A stretch of 64,000 bases of DNA from a virus (taxonomy: Duplodnaviria > Caudoviricetes): the IMG/VR virus record IMGVR_UViG_2848732850_000001, positions 2,123-66,122 of that record. One strand, given 5' to 3'. The first letter of the stretch is position 1. Each line of letters starts with the position of its first letter. This document shows positions 19,325 through 28,922 of the stretch, in pieces. Position numbers and translations under genes: made by a program. Below the pieces are notes generated by a model. It saw only the letters and a program-made list of their open reading frames with translations, was not told where the DNA came from and did not search any database.

Positions 19325-20278
19325 ATGAACATACTTAAAGGCTTACTATTAACGGTTGGATGCGTAATTGCTGTGTTCGCTGGAATCATTTTCGGCATTT
19401 ACTTCGCTGTAGCTTTCGGTTATTTCATCGGTATTCTGATCGTTAGCCTTCCGTTCCTAAGCGGTTGGCTTACAGACAGTATTGGTATCAGCCCGGAACA
19501 AATTCCGAATATAACCGCGTGGATGGTAGTACTTAGACTACTGATTACAGCAGGTAACAGCTTCAGAAATCTGAAAGAAGGCGAAGGTTAATGCATTTGT
19601 CTGCTGATAGTCGTATCGAGACCTTACGTAAAATATACGCTGATCAAAGAAGGGAATTTGACGAGATTAGACGCAAACAGGAGGAATTGTTAGAGCGGAA
19701 AGGCGAATTGGATAAGAAAGAACGTGAAGTACTACGCGGAATGATGGATACGGAAATAATGCTGGAAAGGTTCGGAATACTGGCGGGAAAGTACTACGAG
19801 GCTAATTTGCGGAAGGGGAGTCGAAATGCGGAAAGAGAACGTGATTAAGCGAATGAAAGAAGTCGAAGAAACTGAGAGCGTAGAAATAACGTGTAACAGA
19901 TGCGGTAAAACAAAGACAGCAGATAAACTTGACTTCGTTAGGGATGGATTTCACGAATTCTTAGCCACGTTTGGTTACGGCAGTAGTTTCGATTTAGAAT
20001 ATTGGAGTTTCGATCTGTGCGAAAATTGCTTAGTCGACATAGTTAAAACGTTTAAATACGTTCCAAAAGGCTTTCGTATTGACCAGCAATACCCACTTGT
20101 AAAAGACGAAAGCAAAGAACATCAAGCGCTGTTTGACGATTGGAAGAACGGCAAGGAGTGGGATGAATTCCGGTATAAATCGGAAGAAGAACTAAACGAT
20201 TTGCGATGTTTATTTGATGACGGTTATATTGACGAAGTAATAGCGAAAAGAAAGGAAGGGGAAATGCTGATTGACTAA
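19325..20278 (+). CDS. Three hypothetical ORFs: membrane protein 19325-19591, coiled coil 19591-19848, CxxC protein 19826-20278
   Basis: Coupled ORFs with RBSs. Confidence 0.55.
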
Positions 20279-22556
20279 AAACTTAACGGAAACAACTATG
20301 ACAATAGTCACGAAGGATAACGGGAATAGGAGATTACCGTTTGACAAAAATAGATTGCGAGATTTTATTACGAATACCCTTAACGTAACAGACGAAGCTT
20401 ATGCCAACAAGGTTATCCGAACTATAGAAAGTAAAGACGAATGTACTGCCGACTTTATAACGGAGCAACTAATTAACGTAGCCTCCGAAAATATAGACGA
20501 AGCTAATCCGCAATGGACTTACGTAGCAGCTAAAGCGTATTTATTCCGTTTATATAAACAAGCGAGTAAGAACCGCGCTTACGACGCAAAGGACAAATAC
20601 GGCGGTTTATATGGCTTACTAAAAACGTTAGGAACGAAAGGTATTTATGCGCCTAATATACTCGAAAAATATAGCCGTGACGAATTGCGCAAGGCTTCGG
20701 AAATGATCGAACCTAAACGTGATTTATTGTTCGACTTTCCGGGAATCTATGCGTTAGCTACTCGATACCTAGCGACGGATTACGAGAAGAACGTATATGA
20801 GTTACCGCAAGAACGTTTTATGATTATCGCGTTACACCTTATGCAAGATGAGGCGAAAGAAAAACGAATGGGTTACGTTGCGGAAGCGTATTGGGCGTTG
20901 AGCAACTTATACATGACGGTAGCAACCCCGACGCTTGCAAACGCAGGAAAATCACACGGTCAGTTATCGAGTTGTTTTATCGATACTGTGGACGATAGCT
21001 TGCTCGAAATATACAACAGCAATACAGACGTGGCTAGACTGTCTAAGTCTGGCGGAGGTATTGGCGTATATATGGGCAAGGTTCGTGCGAGAGGTTCATC
21101 CATACGCGGTTACAAAGGAAACTCTAGTGGGGTAGTTCCGTGGATAAAGCAGTTAAATAACACAGCTGTTAGCGTAGATCAATTAGGCACACGTAAAGGC
21201 GCAATTGCCGTTTACCTTGACGTTTGGCATGCGGACATTATGCCGTTTCTTGACTTGCGATTAAACAACGGAGATGACCGCCAGAGGGCGCATGACATAT
21301 TTACTGGCGTATGCTTGCCGGACTTGTTTATGGAGCAAGTAGAAAAGCGTGGCGACTGGTATTTGTTCGATCCACACGAAGTACGGCAAGTGATGGGCTA
21401 TTCGTTGGAGGATTTCTACGACGAAGAAAAAGGCGAAGGTAGTTTCCGGGAAAAATACGAGGAATGCGTTCAGTCGAACGATTTAACCAAAACGAAAGTA
21501 CCAGCTATCGAAATTATGAAGCGCATTATGAAATCGCAACTAGAGGCTGGCGTTCCGTTCATGTTTTACCGAGACGAAGTTAATCGAATGAATTCTAATA
21601 AACATGCCGGAATGATTTACTGTTCGAACCTTTGTTCGGAAATAAGTCAAAACCAATCGCCAACCGTACAAATAAGCGAGACACTAGACGAACAAAACGG
21701 CGAAATAATCACACGTAAGAAAGCCGGAGATTTTGTCGTATGCAATCTATCGTCAGTTAACTTAGGGCGCGCAGTACCAGCCGACGTGCTAGAGCGGTTG
21801 ATTCGAATACAAGTACGAATGCTTGATAACGTTATAGATTTAAATACTATCGACGTCAAGCAGGCGCAGTACACTAACCGCAAATATCGCGCAATCGGCT
21901 TAGGCACGTTCGGATGGCATCATCTACTAGCGTTACGAGGCGTGCAGTGGGAATCGGAAGAAGCCGTCCAATATGCCGATAGGCTTTACGAAAAAATCGC
22001 TTATCTGACGATCAAAGCAAGCGCTGATTTGGCGAAAGAAAGAGGGGCATACCCACTATTCGAGAATTCCGAATGGTCTACGGGAGAATATTTCAGCAGA
22101 CGAGGGTATGTAGGCGAAGAATGGTCTGACTTAGCGTCACAGGTAATATCGACTGGCATTCGAAATGGCTACTTACTCGCCGTTGCTCCGAATGCTACAA
22201 CGTCAGTTATTGCTGGAAGCACAGCGACAACTGACCCGATATTTCAGCCGTTCTTTTACGAAGAAAAGAAAGACTATAAAATGCCTGTAGTAGCGCCAGA
22301 CATGAATCATGAAACATACAACATATACAGACGATCAGCTTACGTAATTGACCAGCGTTGGAGCGTTAAACAAAACGCAGCGAGACAGAAGCATTTAGAC
22401 CAAGCTAATTCGTTTAACATTTACGTACCTAATACGATTAAGGCGTCTGTATTACTCTCCTTGCACATGCAAATATGGCAGAGCGGTATTAAAACGACAT
22501 ACTACGTAAGGTCGACGGCAAACGACGTTGAGGAGTGCGAGTGGTGTCAGTCATAA
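20271..22556 (+). CDS. nrdA: Class I ribonucleotide reductase alpha subunit with ATP-cone-like N-terminus
   Basis: ATPTL, LSSCF, SNLCSE, VCNL, APNAT, KTTYY, C-terminal CEWC. Confidence 0.97.
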   Translation: MTKNLTETTMTIVTKDNGNRRLPFDKNRLRDFITNTLNVTDEAYANKVIRTIESKDECTADFITEQLINVASENIDEANPQWTYVAAKAYLFRLYKQASKNRAYDAKDKYGGLYGLLKTLGTKGIYAPNILEKYSRDELRKASEMIEPKRDLLFDFPGIYALATRYLATDYEKNVYELPQERFMIIALHLMQDEAKEKRMGYVAEAYWALSNLYMTVATPTLANAGKSHGQLSSCFIDTVDDSLLEIYNSNTDVARLSKSGGGIGVYMGKVRARGSSIRGYKGNSSGVVPWIKQLNNTAVSVDQLGTRKGAIAVYLDVWHADIMPFLDLRLNNGDDRQRAHDIFTGVCLPDLFMEQVEKRGDWYLFDPHEVRQVMGYSLEDFYDEEKGEGSFREKYEECVQSNDLTKTKVPAIEIMKRIMKSQLEAGVPFMFYRDEVNRMNSNKHAGMIYCSNLCSEISQNQSPTVQISETLDEQNGEIITRKKAGDFVVCNLSSVNLGRAVPADVLERLIRIQVRMLDNVIDLNTIDVKQAQYTNRKYRAIGLGTFGWHHLLALRGVQWESEEAVQYADRLYEKIAYLTIKASADLAKERGAYPLFENSEWSTGEYFSRRGYVGEEWSDLASQVISTGIRNGYLLAVAPNATTSVIAGSTATTDPIFQPFFYEEKKDYKMPVVAPDMNHETYNIYRRSAYVIDQRWSVKQNAARQKHLDQANSFNIYVPNTIKASVLLSLHMQIWQSGIKTTYYVRSTANDVEECEWCQS

Positions 22557-22574
22557 ACGAAAGGGGTTAATAAC

Positions 22575-23606
22575 TTGCTAAATAAAGCGAAAATACTAGA
22601 GCCTGCCAATCCGAATAAGTCTACGGGCTTGTTCGGAGGCAAGTCATCGGGAATTTTAAACTGGAACGATATTGCATATCCGCATTGGTACAAAATGTAT
22701 AAACGATTAGTTGGAAATTACTGGCAAGCAGACGAAATAAATATGTTACCGGACATTAAGCAGTTTCCGAAACTAACCGCAAAAGAACAAGACGCTTACT
22801 TAAAGATAGTCGGCTTGTTATCTACGTTAGATGGTCCGCAAACTAAAACGGCGTTGCTACTATCGCTATACGCAACTGACCCGTCTGTACAATCGATTAT
22901 GGCTGTAATCGCACAACAAGAAGCCGTACACAACGAAAGCTATTCGTATGTACTGTCGAGTGTTGTTTCGTTAGCGCAGCAAAATGAATCGTTTGAAACC
23001 GGACGTACAGACGGTATTTTGCTTAAGCGTAATGAGCGAATCCAGTCGGTGTACAACGAATTTATCGAAAATCCAACGGTAAGTAACATATTAAAAGCGA
23101 CTGTGTACACGGGATTACTTGAAGGGTTATTCTTCTACTCGGGATTTGCGTTCTTCTATAACTTAGCGCGAGACAACAAAATGGTCGGCACATCAACGAT
23201 GATTTCCTATATCAACCGAGATGAGTTGGAGCATAGCCGTTTTATCTCCGAATTATTCCGTGCGACACTCGGAGAAAATCCCGAATTAAATACAGACGAA
23301 TTTATCACGTGGGTGTACGACCAATTTAAGCACAGTGTCGAGCAAGAGATTACGTGGAGCCATTATGTGCTTGACGGCATTGACGGGATCGACTTAACGG
23401 AAATGAGCGCTTACGTAAAGTACCGAGCCAATAAGATGTTACGCATGTTTGGGTTGTCGGAAATATACCCGGAACATATCGAAAATCCTATGAAATGGAT
23501 TCGTGCTTATGTTGATAATTTTGACGGAACGAAAACGGACTTCTTTGAACAGAAATCTAGACAATATACGAAAACAAGTGATTTGAACGGCTTTGATGAT
23601 TTATGA
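22575..23606 (+). CDS. nrdB: Class I ribonucleotide reductase beta subunit
   Basis: Ligands LD, EAVH..SY (radical Tyr), LEG..FY, RDE..H; DFFE...Y tail. Confidence 0.95.
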   Translation: MLNKAKILEPANPNKSTGLFGGKSSGILNWNDIAYPHWYKMYKRLVGNYWQADEINMLPDIKQFPKLTAKEQDAYLKIVGLLSTLDGPQTKTALLLSLYATDPSVQSIMAVIAQQEAVHNESYSYVLSSVVSLAQQNESFETGRTDGILLKRNERIQSVYNEFIENPTVSNILKATVYTGLLEGLFFYSGFAFFYNLARDNKMVGTSTMISYINRDELEHSRFISELFRATLGENPELNTDEFITWVYDQFKHSVEQEITWSHYVLDGIDGIDLTEMSAYVKYRANKMLRMFGLSEIYPEHIENPMKWIRAYVDNFDGTKTDFFEQKSRQYTKTSDLNGFDDL

Positions 23607-23669
23607 GTACGGAAGATTTTTATTTCGACTAAGCGACTTGTAAATATAACTTACAAGTTCGGAATTAAC

Positions 23670-23710
23670 TGTACCACTTTCGCGTATTTACGTGGCAATA
23701 CGTAATAGGG
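23670..23710 (+). promoter_or_regulatory. Putative phage-specific promoter/operator motif, copy 2
   Basis: TGTACCACTTT-N11-GTGGCAATACGTAATAGGG matches 9703-9743; preceded by hairpin ACTTGTAA-N7-TTACAAGT. Confidence 0.65.
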
Positions 23711-23730
23711 ACGTAATAGGAGGGATTTAA

Positions 23731-23994
23731 TTGGCGATTACCGACAGAGACCTCGAATTGCTTGACGACTTATTTAACGGCAGAGCGGACATTCAGCATC
23801 AAACTAGCGAAAGGTTTGCGGAGGATTTAAAAGACATAATACGCGACATGGTTACGGCTTACAAAGAAGCGAAAGAAGACGCCAACTACCTACAGGAAGA
23901 TAGCGAAATGGCGGAAAAACACATCAAAAAGTTAGAAAGTATGCTCGACAGAAGGAAAGTACGCTATAAGAAATGGGAGGATCGGTATTTATGA
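23731..23994 (+). CDS. Hypothetical protein
   Basis: RBS AGGAGGG with TTG start. Confidence 0.6.
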   Translation: MAITDRDLELLDDLFNGRADIQHQTSERFAEDLKDIIRDMVTAYKEAKEDANYLQEDSEMAEKHIKKLESMLDRRKVRYKKWEDRYL

Positions 23995-24150
23995 GTAGTC
24001 AAAGCAACAACCGCAAAGATAAATTCGTAGAGTTTATGGCGTACCTTATGGTAGGCACAGGCGTGGGGATTACCGTCCTCACTGCCTTGGCACTATTCGC
24101 AAGGTTTGTGTTGATTCCGTTATTCAGCTAAACAAAAAGGAGTCGAACAA

Positions 24151-24903
24151 ATGATGAAAGAGATAAATAAAATATATAAAGAAGATTGTTTGGTTGGTAT
24201 GCGGGAGATACCGGATAAAAGTATTGACATGATATTATGTGATCTCCCATATGGTACAACATCTTGCAAATGGGATGAAATTATTCCTTTAGACAAACTA
24301 TGGGAGCAATATGAGAGAATTATAAAAGACAATGGTGCTATAATCCTTACTTCAAAAGAACCTTTTACAAGTGTACTGAGAAGCAGTAATCTAAAAATAT
24401 TTAAACAACCCCTTGTTTGGGTGAAGGATAATTTTGATAACCCTATGCAGGCAAAGAGAAGACACTTAAATATTTTCGAAGATATATCTATTTTTTATAA
24501 GAAACAATGCACCTATAATCCACAAGGTTTGATTGAAGTGAATACTATAACTAAACAAGGCAGATCAAATACGTTGGTAGACAAGCGAGGAAGTAGAAAA
24601 ACGGAATATAAACAACAATATACTAATTACCCTAAAAATATTTTAACCTATAAACGCGATGGGAATCACGTACACCCAACACAAAAACCAATCGCATTAT
24701 TCGAATATCTAATCCGTACATACTCAAATAAAGATGAAACTATACTGGACAACTGCATAGGAAGCGGAACAACTGCGGTAGCTGCAATTAACACTGACCG
24801 AAATTTCATCGGCTTTGAAATCGAATCAGAATATGTAGAAATCGCAAACAAACGAATTCAAGAGGCGTTAGAAATTAAAAACGTAAAGGAGACGGTTATA
24901 TGA
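24151..24903 (+). CDS. Orphan amino-DNA methyltransferase (N6A/N4C, beta class)
   Basis: DLPY before HPTQKP and LDNCIGSGTT; AT-rich insert. Confidence 0.92.
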   Translation: MMKEINKIYKEDCLVGMREIPDKSIDMILCDLPYGTTSCKWDEIIPLDKLWEQYERIIKDNGAIILTSKEPFTSVLRSSNLKIFKQPLVWVKDNFDNPMQAKRRHLNIFEDISIFYKKQCTYNPQGLIEVNTITKQGRSNTLVDKRGSRKTEYKQQYTNYPKNILTYKRDGNHVHPTQKPIALFEYLIRTYSNKDETILDNCIGSGTTAVAAINTDRNFIGFEIESEYVEIANKRIQEALEIKNVKETVI

Positions 24904-25115
24904 CGAACAGAGAAACGTTGTTAAAAATTATTAAAAACCTTAAAAACTTATCGTGGTCAACGATGGACGCACCTTATCACGGAGTATCGGCAGAACAAGA
25001 ATCGGCTATTCATTTTTCGATTAACAAAGCGCTAGAAGGGACGGGCATAACAGAGCAAGACGTTATAAACGGGGATTACTTAGAATTGATTAACAAGGAG
25101 GATTCCTGTATATGA
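24900..25115 (+). CDS. Hypothetical protein
   Basis: ATGA overlaps on both sides. Confidence 0.5.
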   Translation: MTNRETLLKIIKNLKNLSWSTMDAPYHGVSAEQESAIHFSINKALEGTGITEQDVINGDYLELINKEDSCI

Positions 25116-25429
25116 CAATCGATGAATTAACCGTTTTAATCCGAAAATGGTCGCTCGAACGTAGTTTATATACGGCAGACCCAACCAAACAGGCGCTTAA
25201 ACTCGGGGAAGAGTTCGGCGAGTTGTTCGAAGGCTTAGCTAAAGGTGACGAAGAATTGACGAAGGATGCACTCGGAGATATGTACGTAGTTATGACGATC
25301 TTAGCGCAACAACTTGGTTTTAACCTCGAAGAATGTATCGAGATTGCATATAACGAGATAAAAGACCGAAAAGGTAAGATGATTGACGGAGTTTTCGTAA
25401 AAGAGAGCGACTTAAAGGAGGACGAATAA
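25112..25429 (+). CDS. MazG-like nucleotide pyrophosphohydrolase
   Basis: KLGEEFGEL...DALGD...AYNEIKDRKGKMIDGVFVK. Confidence 0.9.
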   Translation: MTIDELTVLIRKWSLERSLYTADPTKQALKLGEEFGELFEGLAKGDEELTKDALGDMYVVMTILAQQLGFNLEECIEIAYNEIKDRKGKMIDGVFVKESDLKEDE

Positions 25430-25759
25430 ATGAATAAACGTTTAGTAAGAATTTCAGTATCATACGGAAAAGGTGACGGAGAAGAAATAAGCGATCAATT
25501 TCTTATTGAGGACACGCCGGAAAATAGAGAGGAACTGCTAGACGATCAAATGTCCATGTTTTCCGATTGCTATGAAAAGGACGAATTTATCAGCGGTAAG
25601 ACAGACGTGGTGTACATCCAGTTGGATGGCGGAGATTGGGACGACCCTACCGGAAAGTTTATCACAATATACGACAAAGACGAAATGCTCGCCGATTTGG
25701 AAAGAAAATACAAGCGAGAAGTGAACGACGTGCTTAAATTATTCGGGGAGGTCGATTAA
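25430..25759 (+). CDS. Acidic hypothetical protein
   Basis: 109-aa ORF with RBS. Confidence 0.55.
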   Translation: MNKRLVRISVSYGKGDGEEISDQFLIEDTPENREELLDDQMSMFSDCYEKDEFISGKTDVVYIQLDGGDWDDPTGKFITIYDKDEMLADLERKYKREVNDVLKLFGEVD

Positions 25760-25897
25760 TTGGTAACCAACCGACAACTTGACTTAGTAGCAGAGATTAT
25801 GAATATATACGCGGAGCAACAAGGACTGAAAAAGAAATTTGACGAGTTGCAAACTAAGTTAGAGTCACTAGTTAAAGAGCTAGAGGAGGTCGAGTAA

Positions 25898-26452
25898 ATG
25901 ACGAAAACACGAGTATACCTCGCAGGCGACATGCTCAAACGTGGCTCGCAGCTACTGCGGGAGCAAGAACGCAATCGCCTCGCACAAATCCCGGGTATTA
26001 GCGTACACAACCCGGCAGACGACGAAGAAATCAACGATAAATCACGATCACCACGCGCCGAGGATATATTTCGCAAGGACACTGAGGCGATTCTCGAAAG
26101 CGACGTCGTTATCTTTGATGCGGACGACGATTCGGTTGGCACTACGACGGAGATCGGGCAAGTGTGGGGCGTCAATTATATGCATAGGAGACTAACCGCA
26201 GCCTTGATCAACTCAGACGGCACGGACGCAGATTTCGGAAAGCGAGTCCGCGAGCTACTGCAAGAGATTCCGTTTAAAGAAACGTATTGGCAATGTACGG
26301 ACATCCGCAATGTGCCTAACGTAGACGAACGAGGGTTAAGACGGAGTTATTCGCTCAATCAGTATTTATACGGGTGCTTGCTCGACTTGGCGGGCGACTC
26401 ATCGACATTTGACGAGATTGTGGTGGAGTTAAGCGATGAGGTGTCGGAATGA
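25898..26452 (+). CDS. Nucleoside 2-deoxyribosyltransferase-like protein
   Basis: VYLAG, NP, IF..D..AI..SD, GTTTEIG, NQY..G. Confidence 0.85.
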   Translation: MTKTRVYLAGDMLKRGSQLLREQERNRLAQIPGISVHNPADDEEINDKSRSPRAEDIFRKDTEAILESDVVIFDADDDSVGTTTEIGQVWGVNYMHRRLTAALINSDGTDADFGKRVRELLQEIPFKETYWQCTDIRNVPNVDERGLRRSYSLNQYLYGCLLDLAGDSSTFDEIVVELSDEVSE

Positions 26453-26928
26453 GAAAATATCTAGGCGTGTTAATTTTACTACTATTATCGCCAATATTAA
26501 TTATCCTAGCTGCAATAGGTACTATTTTACTGTCGGCGTACGAATTTATTTACTCCCCTATCTACGATTTAGCTGGACGCCCTTTTGATAGTAGCGGAGG
26601 TGATTGGTGGTGGAATAATGGTAAGTCATTTAAAGTTGATCGTTGTTATAAAATCGAACTTAATGATTTATATAAAGCTTACTTCACTCTCGCAGACAAA
26701 AAGCTTTACACTATGTTAACCGTCGAAGTGGTAAATAAATACGAAGGTAACACGGTTATACACTGCCGACGAAAATGCTTTCGGTGGGAATTGCTTGTGT
26801 CTCGCGAAAAGGCAATGGCTAAGGCGCAGAAATGGCTCGATAAACACATCGCTATCGTAAATAAAACGATCGGCGAGCACGGCATTGACGCAGAAATAAC
26901 GCTGAATAGAGAGGAGGCTAACGATTAA
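26449..26928 (+). CDS. Hypothetical protein with N-terminal TM segment
   Basis: Hydrophobic N-terminus; coupled ORF. Confidence 0.55.
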   Translation: MRKYLGVLILLLLSPILIILAAIGTILLSAYEFIYSPIYDLAGRPFDSSGGDWWWNNGKSFKVDRCYKIELNDLYKAYFTLADKKLYTMLTVEVVNKYEGNTVIHCRRKCFRWELLVSREKAMAKAQKWLDKHIAIVNKTIGEHGIDAEITLNREEAND

Positions 26929-27568
26929 ACTTTTCGAATTAATCACGGAACTAGGCTTGGCGGGGTCGCTTGTATTAAGCGGGCAATCCCCCGCCAGCCT
27001 TTCCGACAAGCTAACAGAGTTGGACGAATTGCAGGAAAGGGCAGCTAAGGCGCAGGAGCAAGCGGAGGAAAAGGCGAAGGAGGCTGATCGGAAAAATGAG
27101 CGAAGGAGAACGAAAATTGATGGAGAAAATGCACGAACAGGCGAAAAAGATAAACGAGTTAGAGTATCGTCTAAGCCTAGCAACAACGCAAGCTTGGACG
27201 TTGGTAGTCCTACTCACAACGGCGACGGTAATAATGATAATGTCGCTACTGGGCGTAACCTAGGCACGTTCGAAGCCACGTTCTACACCGCTTATTGCTC
27301 GACAGGCTGTACGGGCACTACGGCGACAGGAATAGACGTTAGTCAGACGATTTATCATGAAGGCGTGCGTATCATAGCGGTTGACCCCGCAGTAATTCCG
27401 CTAGGCACGCGTGTAAAGGTGACGTTGGCTGACGGCTCATCATTCGTAGCTACGGCGAGTGATACAGGCGGAGACATTAAGGGGCGTAGGATTGACGTGT
27501 TAGTTGCGAATAAAGCGGAGGCGAGACGGTTGGGGCGACAGAAGGCGGAGGTTGAGGTAATCAAATAA
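26924..27568 (+). CDS. 3D-domain (MltA-like) cell wall protein
   Basis: EATFYTAYC...TATG...IAVDP.VIPLGT...DTGG.IKG.RIDV; probable ATT start 26924 (track start 26957). Confidence 0.85.
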   Translation: MKLFELITELGLAGSLVLSGQSPASLSDKLTELDELQERAAKAQEQAEEKAKEADRKNERRRTKIDGENARTGEKDKRVRVSSKPSNNASLDVGSPTHNGDGNNDNVATGRNLGTFEATFYTAYCSTGCTGTTATGIDVSQTIYHEGVRIIAVDPAVIPLGTRVKVTLADGSSFVATASDTGGDIKGRRIDVLVANKAEARRLGRQKAEVEVIK

Positions 27569-27588
27569 AAAGAAAAGGGGACGGCTAT

Positions 27589-28410
27589 ATGACGAATTTT
27601 CACTACATAATCGACGAGGAATTAAGCGGAAAACAAACGAAGGTTGAACGGGAGTATGTCGAAGTTGATCGCGAAGCAAAAGTCGGTGATTATTTCATCG
27701 CATTAGAGGAGTTAGACGGAATCACAAACGGTGAGATATACCAAGTCGAATCACTTACGGAGGATAAAATCCACAGTCACAAAGGGCGCATGTTTTTTGA
27801 CGATGAAGGTAGATGGCGTGCTATTTGGTCTCCGCATAAGTATAGAACGTTAGAGCCAACGGAATACGTCCGCATCGACGGGAAACGCTACAAACTAGCG
27901 GACAGACGTGCGTTGGTTGGCGAGCAGATTATTACGGTTAGTTATCAAAACTTAGGCAACGAGAACGTTAAAAAAGGCGACATACTCGAAGTTACAGCAT
28001 CGACAAATACTGGTACGTATATCGATAGCCGTGCATTGTTTGACGAGGTAGGTGATTTCGTCGACAAGTATTACGTACTCGAACCTGCTGAGGAATCGGA
28101 AGAAGAAGAAGAACCTCCGAAAACTACCGACGACTTAATCGCAAACCTAGCGTCAGAGGTTGCGAGATTAACACGTAAGGTAGCGGAATTAGAAGAACAA
28201 ACGGACAGTAATCGGAAGGACATCGTTAAGCAGGCGGAAGAGTTTGCGGAATTCATACACACGCCGACGCCATACGCAGAACAAAGCGATTTAATTGAAT
28301 TAAATGGCCGTATTAGCACGTTGGAGGCGGACGGGGTTGCCCACGTCGCTAAGGAAGTCGCTGAACATTTACTAACGGAGGTGTTGATGCGTGAGCGAGG
28401 TACTAAGTAA
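27589..28410 (+). CDS. Hypothetical protein with duplicated module and coiled coil
   Basis: VDREAKVGD / ADRRALVGE repeat. Confidence 0.6.
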   Translation: MTNFHYIIDEELSGKQTKVEREYVEVDREAKVGDYFIALEELDGITNGEIYQVESLTEDKIHSHKGRMFFDDEGRWRAIWSPHKYRTLEPTEYVRIDGKRYKLADRRALVGEQIITVSYQNLGNENVKKGDILEVTASTNTGTYIDSRALFDEVGDFVDKYYVLEPAEESEEEEEPPKTTDDLIANLASEVARLTRKVAELEEQTDSNRKDIVKQAEEFAEFIHTPTPYAEQSDLIELNGRISTLEADGVAHVAKEVAEHLLTEVLMRERGTK

Positions 28411-28669
28411 AGCGGAGTTTTTCCGCAAGAAACTTGACGAAAAAGGCTCGATCGATAAAGACGCGTATGCAGACGCTTTATTTACTGGATTAGTATACAA
28501 CGTAGCTTGCGGAAGTGACTCGTTAGCGGTCGAGCATCTACAGGAATTACGGGATTTGGTAGACGCTTGGCTTACGGAAACTGGACGTGTTGGCGATGGC
28601 TGGGCGTTGACTAATGACGTAAATGATTACCGAAATAAACTATTACGAGAGGGGTTTGCGGATGAGTAA
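28391..28669 (+). CDS. Hypothetical protein
   Basis: Coupled ORF with RBS GGAGGTG. Confidence 0.55.
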   Translation: MSEVLSKAEFFRKKLDEKGSIDKDAYADALFTGLVYNVACGSDSLAVEHLQELRDLVDAWLTETGRVGDGWALTNDVNDYRNKLLREGFADE

Positions 28670-28922
28670 CGATAATGTACAGCACCCGTCACATTATACG
28701 CACGGCAAATACGAAACAATCGACGTCATAGAGGATATAACTAGCGGTTATGACGATGGGTTTACGGCACATTGCGTAGGCACAGCCGTCAAGTATTTAT
28801 ACCGTGCGCCACACAAACACGAGTCACCGCTAGAGGATTTACGCAAGGCAGCGAAATACGTAGAGTTTGCGATAAATCGAGAGACTAAGCGTGCGGAAGA
28901 AAACGGAAAGGGGACGGTTTAA
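28662..28922 (+). CDS. DUF3310 family protein
   Basis: DNV.HPSHY...ETID.I...KYL.R...K...EDL.KA..Y. Confidence 0.9.
   Translation: MSNDNVQHPSHYTHGKYETIDVIEDITSGYDDGFTAHCVGTAVKYLYRAPHKHESPLEDLRKAAKYVEFAINRETKRAEENGKGTV

Noticed and set aside
14344-23606. Introns or inteins in polA, nrdA, nrdB
   Set aside because: ORFs are continuous, of normal length, with contiguous motifs
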